Shown here piece after piece: positions 19,547 to 29,077 of a DNA stretch of 64,000 nucleotides. Position 1 is the stretch's first letter. The number at the start of each line of letters is the position of its first letter. Both the position numbers and the translations under genes were made by a program. The stretch is taken from NCBI GenBank assembly GCA_020054105.1, contig JAGVLW010000053.1:4698-68697 (forward strand). The letters run 5' to 3'. The DNA comes from Alphaproteobacteria bacterium (GTDB lineage Bacteria > Pseudomonadota > Alphaproteobacteria > Rickettsiales > SXRF01). The notes under the pieces are model-generated. The model did no database searches. It saw nothing but the letters and a program-made list of their open reading frames with translations, and had not been told where the DNA came from.

Positions 19547-21394
19547 ATGCTTTTCATCCAGGACCTCACCTACCGCATCGCCGGGCGCACGCTGCTCGAC
19601 AAGGCCTCGCTGTCGATTCCGGCCGGGCACCGCGTCGGGCTGGTCGGGCCCAACGGCACCGGCAAATCGACGCTGTTTAAGCTGGTTTCGGGCGAGCTGC
19701 ACGCCGATGGCGGCGAGATTTCGCTGATCAAGGGCGCCAGCATGGGCATGGTGCGCCAGGACCTGCCCGACGATGATACGACGCTGATCGACATCGTGCT
19801 GGCCGCCGATAGCGAGCGCACCAGCCTGCTCGAGGAAGCCGAATCGGCGCACGACCCCGACCGCATCGGCTATATCTACACCCGCCTCGACGAGATCCGC
19901 GCCTATGACGCGCCCGCCCGCGCCGCGACGATCCTGGCCGGGCTGGGCTTTAGCGACCAGGCGCAGAACAGCCCGATTTCGTCGTTCTCGGGCGGCTGGC
20001 GCGCCCGCGTGGCCCTGGCGGCGGCGCTGTTTCGCGAGCCCAACCTGCTGCTGCTCGACGAGCCGACCAACCATCTCGATTTCGAGGCGATGGTCTGGCT
20101 GGAAAATTTCCTGATCCGCTACCCGCATACGCTGGTCATCATCAGCCACGACCGCGATATACTGAATAAAACCGTCGAGCATATCGTCCATCTCGAAAAC
20201 CAGAAACTGACGCTCTATACCGGCAATTACGACAATTTCGAGCGCAAGCGCGCTGAGCGGCTGATGGGGCAGCAGGCGCTGCATGAAAAACAGATGGCGC
20301 AAAAAGCGCATATGATGAAATTCGTCGAACGCTTCGGCGCCACGGCCAGCAAGGCGCGCCAGGCGCAGAGCCGCCTGAAGATGATCGCGAAGATGGACAT
20401 CGTCGATGCGGTGATGGCCGACCGCGTGACCGCTTTCACTTTCCCCGAGCCGGAAGAAGAAAAATCGCCGATGATCGTGCTGGAAAATGTCGATGCCGGT
20501 TACGCCAAGGACAAGCCGGTGCTTAAAAACCTGGAGCTACGCATTGACGCCGACGACCGCATTGCCCTGCTCGGTGCCAACGGCAACGGCAAATCGACGC
20601 TGATGAAGCTGATTTCCGGCCGGCTCCCGCAGCTTGCCGGGCAGATCCATAAATCGGGAAAATTGCGCGTCGGCTATTTCGCGCAGTTCCAGACCGACGA
20701 GCTCGACATAAACCAGACGCCGTTCGAGATGATGCGCCGTGCCATGAAAGGCACGCCGGAAGCGAAGATACGCGCGGCGCTGGCCAAGTTCGGCTTCGAT
20801 AAGCACAAGGCCGATACCGCCGTCGGCGATTTATCGGGCGGCGAGAAGGCGCGGCTGCTATTCTGCCTGATGAGCTTCGACGCGCCGCACATCATGCTGC
20901 TCGACGAGCCGACCAACCATCTCGACATCGATGCGCGCGAGGCGCTGATGCAGGCGCTCAACCGCTATACCGGCGCGGTGATTCTCGTCAGCCACGACCC
21001 GCATCTGGTGGAATGCGTCGCCGACCGGCTGTGGATTGTTCAGAACGGCACTTGCAAGCCCTATGACGACGATCTCGACGCTTACCGCCAGCTTGTCGTC
21101 CAGCAGCGCAAGCGCGAGCGCGAGGGCGCAAAATCGGAAGCCAAGAAACAAAAATCGGAAAATAAGGCCAAAGATACGCCGAAACTCACCGCCGCCGAAA
21201 AAGAAGCGGCCAAGCTCGAGCGCCACATCGCCGAGCTGACCTTGCGCAAGGATACGCTCGAAAACGACATCGCCAATGCCTGCGCCGGCGGCGACGCCAA
21301 ACAGCTAAAAGACCTGAACATCACCCATGCCCAGCTACAAAAACAGCTAAAAGCGGCAGAAGCGGAGCTGGCGAGGGTTATTGAGGGGCTTTAG
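19547..21394 (+). CDS. ABC-F family ATPase (two ABC domains plus a C-terminal coiled coil)
   Basis: Two Walker A sites (GPNGTGKST, GANGNGKST), two LSGG signatures (FSGGWR, LSGGEK) and a Lys/Glu-rich tail. Confidence 0.92.
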   Translation: MLFIQDLTYRIAGRTLLDKASLSIPAGHRVGLVGPNGTGKSTLFKLVSGELHADGGEISLIKGASMGMVRQDLPDDDTTLIDIVLAADSERTSLLEEAESAHDPDRIGYIYTRLDEIRAYDAPARAATILAGLGFSDQAQNSPISSFSGGWRARVALAAALFREPNLLLLDEPTNHLDFEAMVWLENFLIRYPHTLVIISHDRDILNKTVEHIVHLENQKLTLYTGNYDNFERKRAERLMGQQALHEKQMAQKAHMMKFVERFGATASKARQAQSRLKMIAKMDIVDAVMADRVTAFTFPEPEEEKSPMIVLENVDAGYAKDKPVLKNLELRIDADDRIALLGANGNGKSTLMKLISGRLPQLAGQIHKSGKLRVGYFAQFQTDELDINQTPFEMMRRAMKGTPEAKIRAALAKFGFDKHKADTAVGDLSGGEKARLLFCLMSFDAPHIMLLDEPTNHLDIDAREALMQALNRYTGAVILVSHDPHLVECVADRLWIVQNGTCKPYDDDLDAYRQLVVQQRKREREGAKSEAKKQKSENKAKDTPKLTAAEKEAAKLERHIAELTLRKDTLENDIANACAGGDAKQLKDLNITHAQLQKQLKAAEAELARVIEGL

Positions 21395-22044
21395 AATGTA
21401 TAAGCCAGGCCTAGCTGGAAGTTATGCGATTGCGGCGATAGTTTTTCACTGCCGATAGGCGTGCCGCTGAGCGAATAGCGAATCGTATAATCTTCGTAAC
21501 TCGTATAGTCCCAGCCCAAGCGCCATGTCAGGTGGTCGGTCAAGAGCGCTTCGGCGCCTAACCCCAGGCGCAAGCCGGTCAGGGACACATCGTCGCCGGC
21601 AGCGAAAGGTACACTGGGAACGTTTAGGTCGTAATCGAAATTAGTGCTGACTACGCCTATACGGCTGTAATAGAGAAAATGCGGCAATGCGAACCAGCCG
21701 GCGCGCAGCGAAGCGCCGTAGCCGTACCGGCGTTCAATCTCGGTGGTTCCGCCGCTGCTATGGTAATCCGCATTTCCCAGCGAACCGTCCACTTCCGCGC
21801 CCAGATAAAAATTACCCAGTTTGCGGCCATATCCAAGGAATAATCCGCCTTCCATACCGGCTGCGTGAAACTCCGTGCTAAGATTCGTGCCTGCCAGCGG
21901 TCCGGCGCCGATAAAATCGGCATCAACGTTAAAGCGTTCATAGCCGCCTTGCAGGCCGATATAAGGGCCATCAAATGATTCTGCACGGATAGCGCCGGCC
22001 AGCATCGCCGTCGCTAAAAAGGAAGTAATAAAAGCGATTTTCAT
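21391..22044 (-). CDS. outer-membrane beta-barrel protein (Omp25/Omp31/OmpA-like porin family)
   Basis: Signal peptide MKIAFITSFLATAMLAGAIRA, alternating beta-strand pattern and a C-terminal aromatic LGLAYTF. Confidence 0.8.
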   Translation of the reverse strand: MKIAFITSFLATAMLAGAIRAESFDGPYIGLQGGYERFNVDADFIGAGPLAGTNLSTEFHAAGMEGGLFLGYGRKLGNFYLGAEVDGSLGNADYHSSGGTTEIERRYGYGASLRAGWFALPHFLYYSRIGVVSTNFDYDLNVPSVPFAAGDDVSLTGLRLGLGAEALLTDHLTWRLGWDYTSYEDYTIRYSLSGTPIGSEKLSPQSHNFQLGLAYTF

Positions 22045-22344
22045 AGGTTCCCACTCCTTGGTTCATGGTTAGAACCGCCAGCAAACGCTGGCGACCGGGG
22101 AGTTAGTGAAACCTACAAGCAGGTTTGCGATAACCTTTAGCCGAAGCCTGTTGTATGCGTTATCGCCTCCCCAGCCAGAGCTGAGGAGTGCAGGTAACGG
22201 CTGCACAATGCCGGCTTGTAAGAGGTCACTACACCCCAAAGCGCGAACACCGCGCTTCGCCAAGGACGTTACCGCCAAAGTTCCTAATATTCAATTAATA
22301 AAGTAAGAATTTATGCAGCCATGACGAAGTTTTGCGGGGAGCGG

Positions 22345-22363
22345 TGGCGTGCCCGGCAGGAAT
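22345..22363. repeat. attL: displaced 3'-terminal 19 nt of tRNA-Arg
   Basis: Identical to 43396-43414. The sequences diverge immediately beyond both ends. Confidence 0.85.
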
Positions 22364-22461
22364 GACTCGGGCCTGCTGACCCTCGCCCTACGGGCGGCCA
22401 AGCGGCCGTCAAATTCGTCTTACTGACGAATTTACGAACCGGTTCTCATCCTACATACGTT

Positions 22462-22504
22462 CATTACTACCTTCCCATGGTTTTACCATGGGAAGGTAGT
22501 AATG
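22462..22504. repeat. perfect 20-bp-stem inverted repeat just inside the island's left end
   Basis: CATTACTACCTTCCCATGGT-TTT-ACCATGGGAAGGTAGTAATG, read directly from the sequence. It abuts a degenerate second copy of the att core (AATGGCGTGCCC, 22501-22512). Confidence 0.7.
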
Positions 22505-23071
22505 GCGTGCCCTGGTGGACACGCTTCGAACTTTACCGGAGCTGCGCCTGGTTGTCATGCGCTACCCGGAGATGAAGCGCCAGCACATTGGCGAAATGCT
22601 CTGGCAGGCCGGAAACGCCGCCTGACCGCGCCTTTTACGGCCTTTGCGAAACCCGTTTCGCCGGTCATTTCGTTTTTCAATGTGCCGGAACCGAGGGTTT
22701 CCAATGCCTTGCGTTAAAAAAAGCGAAACGAAATCGGTTTATAGGTGCTGGCGCTAGCGAGATTCCGGGCGTTGCGCCCCCGCATAGCATTCGCGCCGGA
22801 AGGACCCAAAAAGCCCTCCCACTGTAAGTGGCTCTGGCTCTTGGTTTGCGGGAGAAGGTGTAAAACGGGCGCGCTTGCTGCCTTCCGGCTGGTGCCGCAG
22901 AAAGGCCAAAAAGTGCTGTGTTTTTGTGAAAAAGTGCACGTTTTCGGCCAAACTGTGCACGATCTCCCGTCATTGGTGCAAGTACGCCGGACTGTCTTAA
23001 GTCAACAAAATTCCCCAAAAGTCATCCTTAAGTCGATAAAATTCCCATATGACGCCGTTCGCCTGGTGGTA

Positions 23072-24166
23072 TCAGGAAGATATTCGCTCTTCGAGTCTGG
23101 CCAGTTCGCTCATGATCGTCTCAAACTCCGGCGCTTCGCCGATGAACATTTCCTGCATGGCGGCATAATCCCGCTTGAGTTCCGGCAGCATTGCTTCTTG
23201 TGGCGCGAGGCGAAGACTACCGATGACGGCCGTATCGTAAGACGCCTTACTGTCCGCAAACATCAGGCTTTTGTTCCTGACCACTTTCTCCAGCAGCGTC
23301 ACATCTTGAAGCGCCGCATCGGCAATGCCTTTCTGTGCCATGATGAAAGTGTCGTAATAATGGCGGGACATGCGGTCGCGCATCTTCGAGCCGTGGTGCA
23401 ATGCATGCAGGATGGTGGCTTTCTCCCAGAATGTCCGCTCCGCCGCCAGCACGTGGACGTTGCTATGCGGATCGTCAAACAGCTGCTGAAACGCATCGGA
23501 AACGTAAGGCGTGATTCGCTTATTCTCGCTCGGCTCAATGTCCCCGCGCGCGCCGAACTCCAGCCGCACGATTGGTTTGATATAGCCTGGCGCTTCCCAC
23601 GTTTGAGTAAGCCCTGCTCCGCCAATGCCAGGTTTGGGATGCGCTGAAAGACCACCTCCACCAAGTCCTCCACGAGAAACTGTATAAGATTGCAACGCTG
23701 GATAGGAGAATAATATCGTTTGCCGATCCGGATCGTCGGCGTCGAGCGCCAGTTTCCAGTCGCTAGGCAGTTTTCCGGCAAAGGATTTTTGCAGCGTCGG
23801 CAACGCCAGTTCCGCCACAAAGCGTCGGGCGTTTTCTTTCAGCGTGTCGATCCTGCGCTGACGCTCCTTGCCGGAGATGTCCGTGTCCATTGGATCGGCG
23901 CCTTCGGTGAGATAGGGTGCATCGCGGCTGATCGTCAGATCAATATCCTCGGAGAAGCGTTCGATCAGGCGGTAAGCCTTCGACAGTGACGTACCGCCCT
24001 TGAAGGTGATGTGCGGTGTCATCTGCGGATTCTCAAAAATCTGCCTGAGTGTCCAGCACACCCAGAAATCCTTTTCGATGATGATCGGCAGAATGCCTTG
24101 CCTGTTCGCCGCTTCTTGAAACGCCGTTCTTTTTTCTTCCTCAGGCAGTGCGATGAATTTGTCCAT
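23072..24166 (-). CDS. abiEii: AbiEii/AbiGii-family nucleotidyltransferase toxin (type IV TA)
   Basis: EKDFWVCWTLRQIF...ITFKGGTSLSKAYRLIERFSEDIDLTISRD is the family N-terminal signature. 364 aa. Confidence 0.8.
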   Translation of the reverse strand: MDKFIALPEEEKRTAFQEAANRQGILPIIIEKDFWVCWTLRQIFENPQMTPHITFKGGTSLSKAYRLIERFSEDIDLTISRDAPYLTEGADPMDTDISGKERQRRIDTLKENARRFVAELALPTLQKSFAGKLPSDWKLALDADDPDRQTILFSYPALQSYTVSRGGLGGGGLSAHPKPGIGGAGLTQTWEAPGYIKPIVRLEFGARGDIEPSENKRITPYVSDAFQQLFDDPHSNVHVLAAERTFWEKATILHALHHGSKMRDRMSRHYYDTFIMAQKGIADAALQDVTLLEKVVRNKSLMFADSKASYDTAVIGSLRLAPQEAMLPELKRDYAAMQEMFIGEAPEFETIMSELARLEERISS

Positions 24167-24761
24167 GTTTTACGTGCTCTATTTTATGAATCGCATCCGC
24201 CATCCAGCCGGGGATACGATCCATCGCCTGATGCAGCCCGGCTAAATCCTTGCCCGTCAGCACGCGCGCGCAACGGCTGATAATCTGGTCGTCCACGCTT
24301 TTCCTGCCAAGATAAGAAAGTGCCTGCAGCGTCAGATTAGCATGGTCAGGGATATTGTCGAGCCATGCCACGCGCGCGCGCTTCAACTGGATAGTCTGTC
24401 CTGCTACGCGCCGCGTGCGAATGGTCGCATTCGTGAGGTAAGATAGCTTGATCGGCACCTGCGTAGAGAGCCTCATAAGATTCGCCGCCATCGCGCCGGA
24501 GGGAAAAACATGATCGCCCGCCGCCAATGCACGCGCAATATTATCCGGCGTAGGCGAAAGCGGGCCGAGCAATTTGCTTTGTTTCGGATAATAGTAAATG
24601 CCACGATCCAAGCGACGGATCATGCCCTGCTTCGCCAGCCGCGACAGCACCTGATCCACGCTAGCGCGCGTGCCGACGTTCAGGAAGTCTCTGGGCGTAA
24701 AAACCCAGCCCGGCTTCCTGCGCCGTATTCTGCCTGTAATCTTATCGGTTATGGATGTCAT
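24141..24761 (-). CDS. abiEi: AbiEi-family antitoxin / transcriptional autoregulator
   Basis: From ATG 24761: MTSITDKITGRIRRRKPGWVFTPRDFLNVGTRASVDQVLSRLAKQGMIRRLDRGIYYYPK (wHTH). Overlaps abiEii by 26 nt. G-rich RBS. Confidence 0.75.
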   Translation of the reverse strand: MTSITDKITGRIRRRKPGWVFTPRDFLNVGTRASVDQVLSRLAKQGMIRRLDRGIYYYPKQSKLLGPLSPTPDNIARALAAGDHVFPSGAMAANLMRLSTQVPIKLSYLTNATIRTRRVAGQTIQLKRARVAWLDNIPDHANLTLQALSYLGRKSVDDQIISRCARVLTGKDLAGLHQAMDRIPGWMADAIHKIEHVKHGQIHRTA

Positions 24762-24779
24762 AATGATCCCCCCCCTATA

Positions 24780-24809
24780 TGTCAGATAATACCATAGTTT
24801 TATCTGACA
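24780..24809. promoter_or_regulatory. candidate AbiEi operator (10-bp perfect inverted repeat, 10-bp spacer)
   Basis: TGTCAGATAA-N10-TTATCTGACA, 19-48 bp upstream of the abiEi start. Confidence 0.4.
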
Positions 24810-24909
24810 AACAAGCCAGGTTATTCTGCACCAAGAATGCAAATTAACATATTGAATATTATTGTTATTAGTCTATGTGGTGTATCTTCCGCAATAAGAG
24901 GAGAGAAAC

Positions 24910-25161
24910 ATGCAATATAGCACCCATCTGCTGCGCCACTGGCGCTTCACCATCGGCCAAAATATCCACCGGCGCCGCGTCGCGCGGAAATTACCGCTGC
25001 GGAAACTCACCCGCCTCACCGGTATATCGGAATTGCTGCTCGACCACTATGAGATGGGAAAGAACGAGATCGGCCTGGACGATCTGCTCAAAATCGCCTG
25101 CGCGCTGGAAGTAGAAGTACGGGAATTGATTGGCCAGACCAAACCCGTCCATAGTTCTTGA
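24910..25161 (+). CDS. XRE-family HTH transcriptional regulator
   Basis: 83 aa, IGQNIHRRRVARKLPLRKLTRLTGISELLLDHYEMGKNEIGLDDLLKIACALEV (HTH_3 pattern). GAGGAGAG RBS. Confidence 0.75.
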   Translation: MQYSTHLLRHWRFTIGQNIHRRRVARKLPLRKLTRLTGISELLLDHYEMGKNEIGLDDLLKIACALEVEVRELIGQTKPVHSS

Positions 25162-25191
25162 CATATTCTGATACGTCCATAATAATGGACG
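25158..25191 (+). promoter_or_regulatory. candidate ars promoter with overlapping palindromic operator
   Basis: TTGACA (25158-63), a 17-nt spacer, then AATAAT (25181-86). The palindrome CGTCCAT-AATA-ATGGACG (25174-91) spans the -10. The arsR ATG lies 7 nt after the -10. Confidence 0.4.
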
Positions 25192-25192
25192 A

Positions 25193-25552
25193 ATGAATAT
25201 CGATCACGCACTCATTGCCTTTTCCGCGCTGTCGCAGGAGACGCGGCTTTCCGTCTTCAAGCTGCTTATCGAGTATGGGAAAAGCGGCTCTCCGGCGGGA
25301 GCCTTGAGCGACCAGCTCGACATTCCGCACAACACGCTCTCGTTCCATCTCGCGCATCTCACCCATGCCGGACTGGTAACATCGCGCAAGCAGGGGCGGC
25401 AGATGATCTACGCCGCCAACTGCGACACGGTGGAAGGGCTGATCGATTACCTGAAGGAAAACTGCTGCATCCGCGAAGACGCATCTTCCGGCTGCGCCAC
25501 TGATTGCAAACCGAAACCAAAGCCTATGAAAAGGAGGCGGCATGATAGATGA
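25193..25552 (+). CDS. arsR: ArsR/SmtB-family metalloregulator
   Basis: FSALSQETRLSVFKLLIEYGKSGSPAGALSDQLDIPHNTLSFHLAHLTHAGLVTSRKQGRQMIY with a C-terminal Cys cluster (ENCCIREDASSGC). Confidence 0.88.
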   Translation: MNIDHALIAFSALSQETRLSVFKLLIEYGKSGSPAGALSDQLDIPHNTLSFHLAHLTHAGLVTSRKQGRQMIYAANCDTVEGLIDYLKENCCIREDASSGCATDCKPKPKPMKRRRHDR

Positions 25553-26516
25553 TATTTGGCATGGTAGAACCGCCTATATTAAAGGTTTTTGGGGATGGTC
25601 ACCAGAAACATGGGCCTCAATAGGTTTCCGCGACAACTATCGTGATACGTTAATCAGCAAAACCACCAATCCCTTCATTATGGTGATTTACATCACCATA
25701 CATTCAGGAGAGAAAGAAGAAATGCTGGGTAAAATCGTTGGATTTTATCTTGTTTCGCACGAGAAGGGTCATCGGGATGAATTTACTGCGCCTGAGCATT
25801 ATCAGAGACATCCTGAAAAATGGCCGCACGCGATAAGAGCTATTCGAGCCTTTAGTTTTCTTCCCGAATATTACCTTGATGTGTATGACTTTGATCCTGC
25901 TATCAAGCGTGCCGCAGTTCCCACGGCAGAAAGAGGGAGAGAGCTTTCGGATGAACAAGTAAAATTGCTTAAAACCATCCCCTACATTGAAGTGCCGATT
26001 TTTGGCGGCAATAGCGTTATTGACCGCACAATCCATGTTCCGCCAGCGGCAAAAACGAAGATTAAGGTGCGGGGTGGCCCAATCAACCGCTCTGGATATG
26101 TAGTGGATGGCGAACCTATCGATACCCCAAAGGAACTTTACTCACTTATTTTGAAAGGTGAGACATCCGTTTTTCTGGGCGATGCAGCGTCCCAATTCCA
26201 GCTATATAAAATCGGCTTATCTATGAGCCCACAAACCAGGCTTTCTGCATTTCAAGAAGCATTGCCCAGAACTTTGCCTGAAGGAAGAATAGGATGGTCT
26301 CTGCATCGTTCAACGCGGCGAGATGGCCATGAACCGTACCCTAACTTTGATGCCGCGCTTGTAGGGGAAGAGGCCATGAAAGATTATTTAGGTGCCCACG
26401 GCACATGGCTTGGCGGTGAATTTTATGCCGCGACAAAAGAGAATTTTGAAAAGGCGTGGGAGATAGGCCGCGCTACCGCTCTTCAACCCGTAGAAAGAAT
26501 AGGAGGCAAAAAATGA
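25542..26516 (+). CDS. hypothetical protein with a C-terminal T5orf172/GIY-YIG-superfamily-like domain
   Basis: 324 aa, visibly lower GC than its neighbours, with a strong AGGAGG RBS inside the arsR 3' end. The C-terminal LYKIGLSMSPQTRLSAFQ...GGEFYAATKENFEKAW resembles the T5orf172 pattern (hydrophobic-KIG-x-T/S...R...EFF). Confidence 0.55.
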   Translation: MIDDIWHGRTAYIKGFWGWSPETWASIGFRDNYRDTLISKTTNPFIMVIYITIHSGEKEEMLGKIVGFYLVSHEKGHRDEFTAPEHYQRHPEKWPHAIRAIRAFSFLPEYYLDVYDFDPAIKRAAVPTAERGRELSDEQVKLLKTIPYIEVPIFGGNSVIDRTIHVPPAAKTKIKVRGGPINRSGYVVDGEPIDTPKELYSLILKGETSVFLGDAASQFQLYKIGLSMSPQTRLSAFQEALPRTLPEGRIGWSLHRSTRRDGHEPYPNFDAALVGEEAMKDYLGAHGTWLGGEFYAATKENFEKAWEIGRATALQPVERIGGKK

Positions 26517-26983
26517 AACGCCTGCATGTGCATATCGCCGTCGAGGATTTAGAGAAATCCATCGGCTTTTATTCCACCCTGTTCGGCGAGAAGCCGAGCA
26601 AACAGAAGCCCGGCTATGCCAAATGGATGCTGAACGACCCGCGCGTCAACTTCGCCATCTCCGCCCGCGGCGCCAAGCCTGGGCTGGATCATCTGGGCAT
26701 CCAGGTGGACGCGCCGGAGGAACTGGAGGATTTACGCGAGCATCTGAAACGCGCCGATCTCGGCCTGTTCGACGAGGGCGAGGCCACCTGCTGCTATGCG
26801 GAATCCGATAAGTCGTGGGTGCGCGATCCTTCCGGCATCGCCTGGGAAGCCTATCACACGATGGCCGACGCCGAACTGTTCAGCGTGCCCAAACCTGAGG
26901 GCATGAGCGCCTGCTGCGCGCCGAAGATGGAAACCAAACCGGCCGCGTCCTCCTGCGGCACGGCGAAGTCCGACTGCTGCTGA
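26513..26983 (+). CDS. arsI: ArsI/CadI-family glyoxalase-fold metalloenzyme (C-As lyase-like)
   Basis: From ATG 26513: MKRLHVHIAVEDLEKSIGFYSTLFGE...LDHLGIQV...CCYAESDKSWVRDPSGIAWE, with a Cys-rich tail. Confidence 0.8.
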   Translation: MKRLHVHIAVEDLEKSIGFYSTLFGEKPSKQKPGYAKWMLNDPRVNFAISARGAKPGLDHLGIQVDAPEELEDLREHLKRADLGLFDEGEATCCYAESDKSWVRDPSGIAWEAYHTMADAELFSVPKPEGMSACCAPKMETKPAASSCGTAKSDCC

Positions 26984-27459
26984 TGAAAAACGTTCTGTTC
27001 CTCTGCACCGGAAATTCCTGCCGTTCCATCATGGCCGAGGGGCTGCTGAACCATTACGGCAAAGGCAAATTCCGCGCCTTTTCCGCCGGGAGCTTCCCCA
27101 CCGGCAAGGTGCATCCCATGAGCCTGGAAATGCTAAAGCGCCACGGCATGAGTGCGTTCGGCTATGAAAGCAAATCGTGGGACGTGTTCAAGAATCTCCA
27201 TGAACTCGACATCGTCATCACCGTCTGCGACAATGCCGCCGGTGAGGTCTGCCCTATCTTCCCCGGCGCGCCGGTCAAGGCGCATTGGGGCGCGCCCGAC
27301 CCGGCGCATTTTGAAGGAACGCCGGAAGCGGTGGAATCCGAATTTGACCGCGTGTTCGCCATACTGGAGCGCCGCGTCAAGGCGCTGGTAGCGCTGCCGG
27401 TGGAGACGATGGATAAGGAAGAACTCCGGCAACAACTCAACGCCATAGGCGAACTATGA
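26983..27459 (+). CDS. arsC: arsenate reductase (LMW-PTP / thioredoxin-coupled type)
   Basis: MKNVLFLCTGNSCRSIMAEG P-loop and a downstream TVCDNAAGEVCP redox-cysteine region. Confidence 0.9.
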   Translation: MKNVLFLCTGNSCRSIMAEGLLNHYGKGKFRAFSAGSFPTGKVHPMSLEMLKRHGMSAFGYESKSWDVFKNLHELDIVITVCDNAAGEVCPIFPGAPVKAHWGAPDPAHFEGTPEAVESEFDRVFAILERRVKALVALPVETMDKEELRQQLNAIGEL

Positions 27460-27924
27460 CCGACCAAACGACAATTGACCTGAAGCGGTTCAACAATAAT
27501 GCATACATCGAAGAGCGCGTTATTGCCGCCGACCTGGCGGATCGGGGTTCAGTTAAAACTGCTCTGCGCTATTTATACCTTGATGACGGCCCCATAAATC
27601 TACCGAGAGACAGGCAGAAAATAGCAGAGAAATATCTTGAGGACGCGGAAAGGATTCTGATTCGCTGGCTCGCAACCAGAACCAACGGCAGTGAACGAAA
27701 GAACTACGGGTCACGCGCGCTGATTACCGCCAGGTCAACCCGCTATCGTTGCCAGCAATGTGGGTTTTCAGACGTGCGCTGCCTGAATCTTGACCATATA
27801 GACGGCAGAGTGGATGGAACCGAATTTGCATGTCTCTGCGCGAATTGTCACACGATAAAATCACGACAAAAGGATTGGTCAGGAAAGGCATTGCGTCAGA
27901 AAGATGTAGAAGAGCAGACGCACT

Positions 27925-27935
<11 letters not shown>
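27456..27935 (+). CDS. HNH endonuclease-domain protein
   Basis: C-terminal [37 protein letters not shown] (C-x2-C...DH...C-x2-CH). Lower GC than arsC and acr3. ATGA overlap with arsC and an 11-nt overlap with acr3. Confidence 0.75.
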
Positions 27936-28965
<1,030 letters not shown>

Positions 28966-29077
28966 CATTTGCCTGCATAGCAGCGCTACACCGCCATCGA
29001 TCATCAGGTTGCCTTCACCATGATTTACTTGTTCGACCGCTGCTGATGACGAGAATTATCCAGCGATCAGCAGAAAA

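Noticed and set aside
22045-22320. Attempt to assign the structured region to tmRNA, RNase P, SRP, 6S, cobalamin, TPP, glycine, SAM-II, c-di-GMP or yybP-ykoY classes
   Set aside because: None of the conserved cores I remember is present on the relevant strand: GAGGAAAGTCC, a tag ORF ending in alanines, the B12 box, CTGAGA, and so on. A GGGGAGTTAG string resembles the yybP core, but it is on the plus strand with no downstream gene. I keep the region only as an unclassified structured leader.
22745-23647. 300-aa plus-strand ORF in the track
   Set aside because: It lies mostly antisense to the well-supported abiEii gene. Its composition is Arg/Leu/His-rich shadow-ORF type, it has no motif or RBS, and its upstream part lies in a repeat-rich non-coding stretch.
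29040-29073. Stem CTGCTGAT...ATCAGCAG between the convergent acr3 and orf265
   Set aside because: It has an 18-nt loop and only a weak A/T tract, so confidence is too low for a terminator feature.
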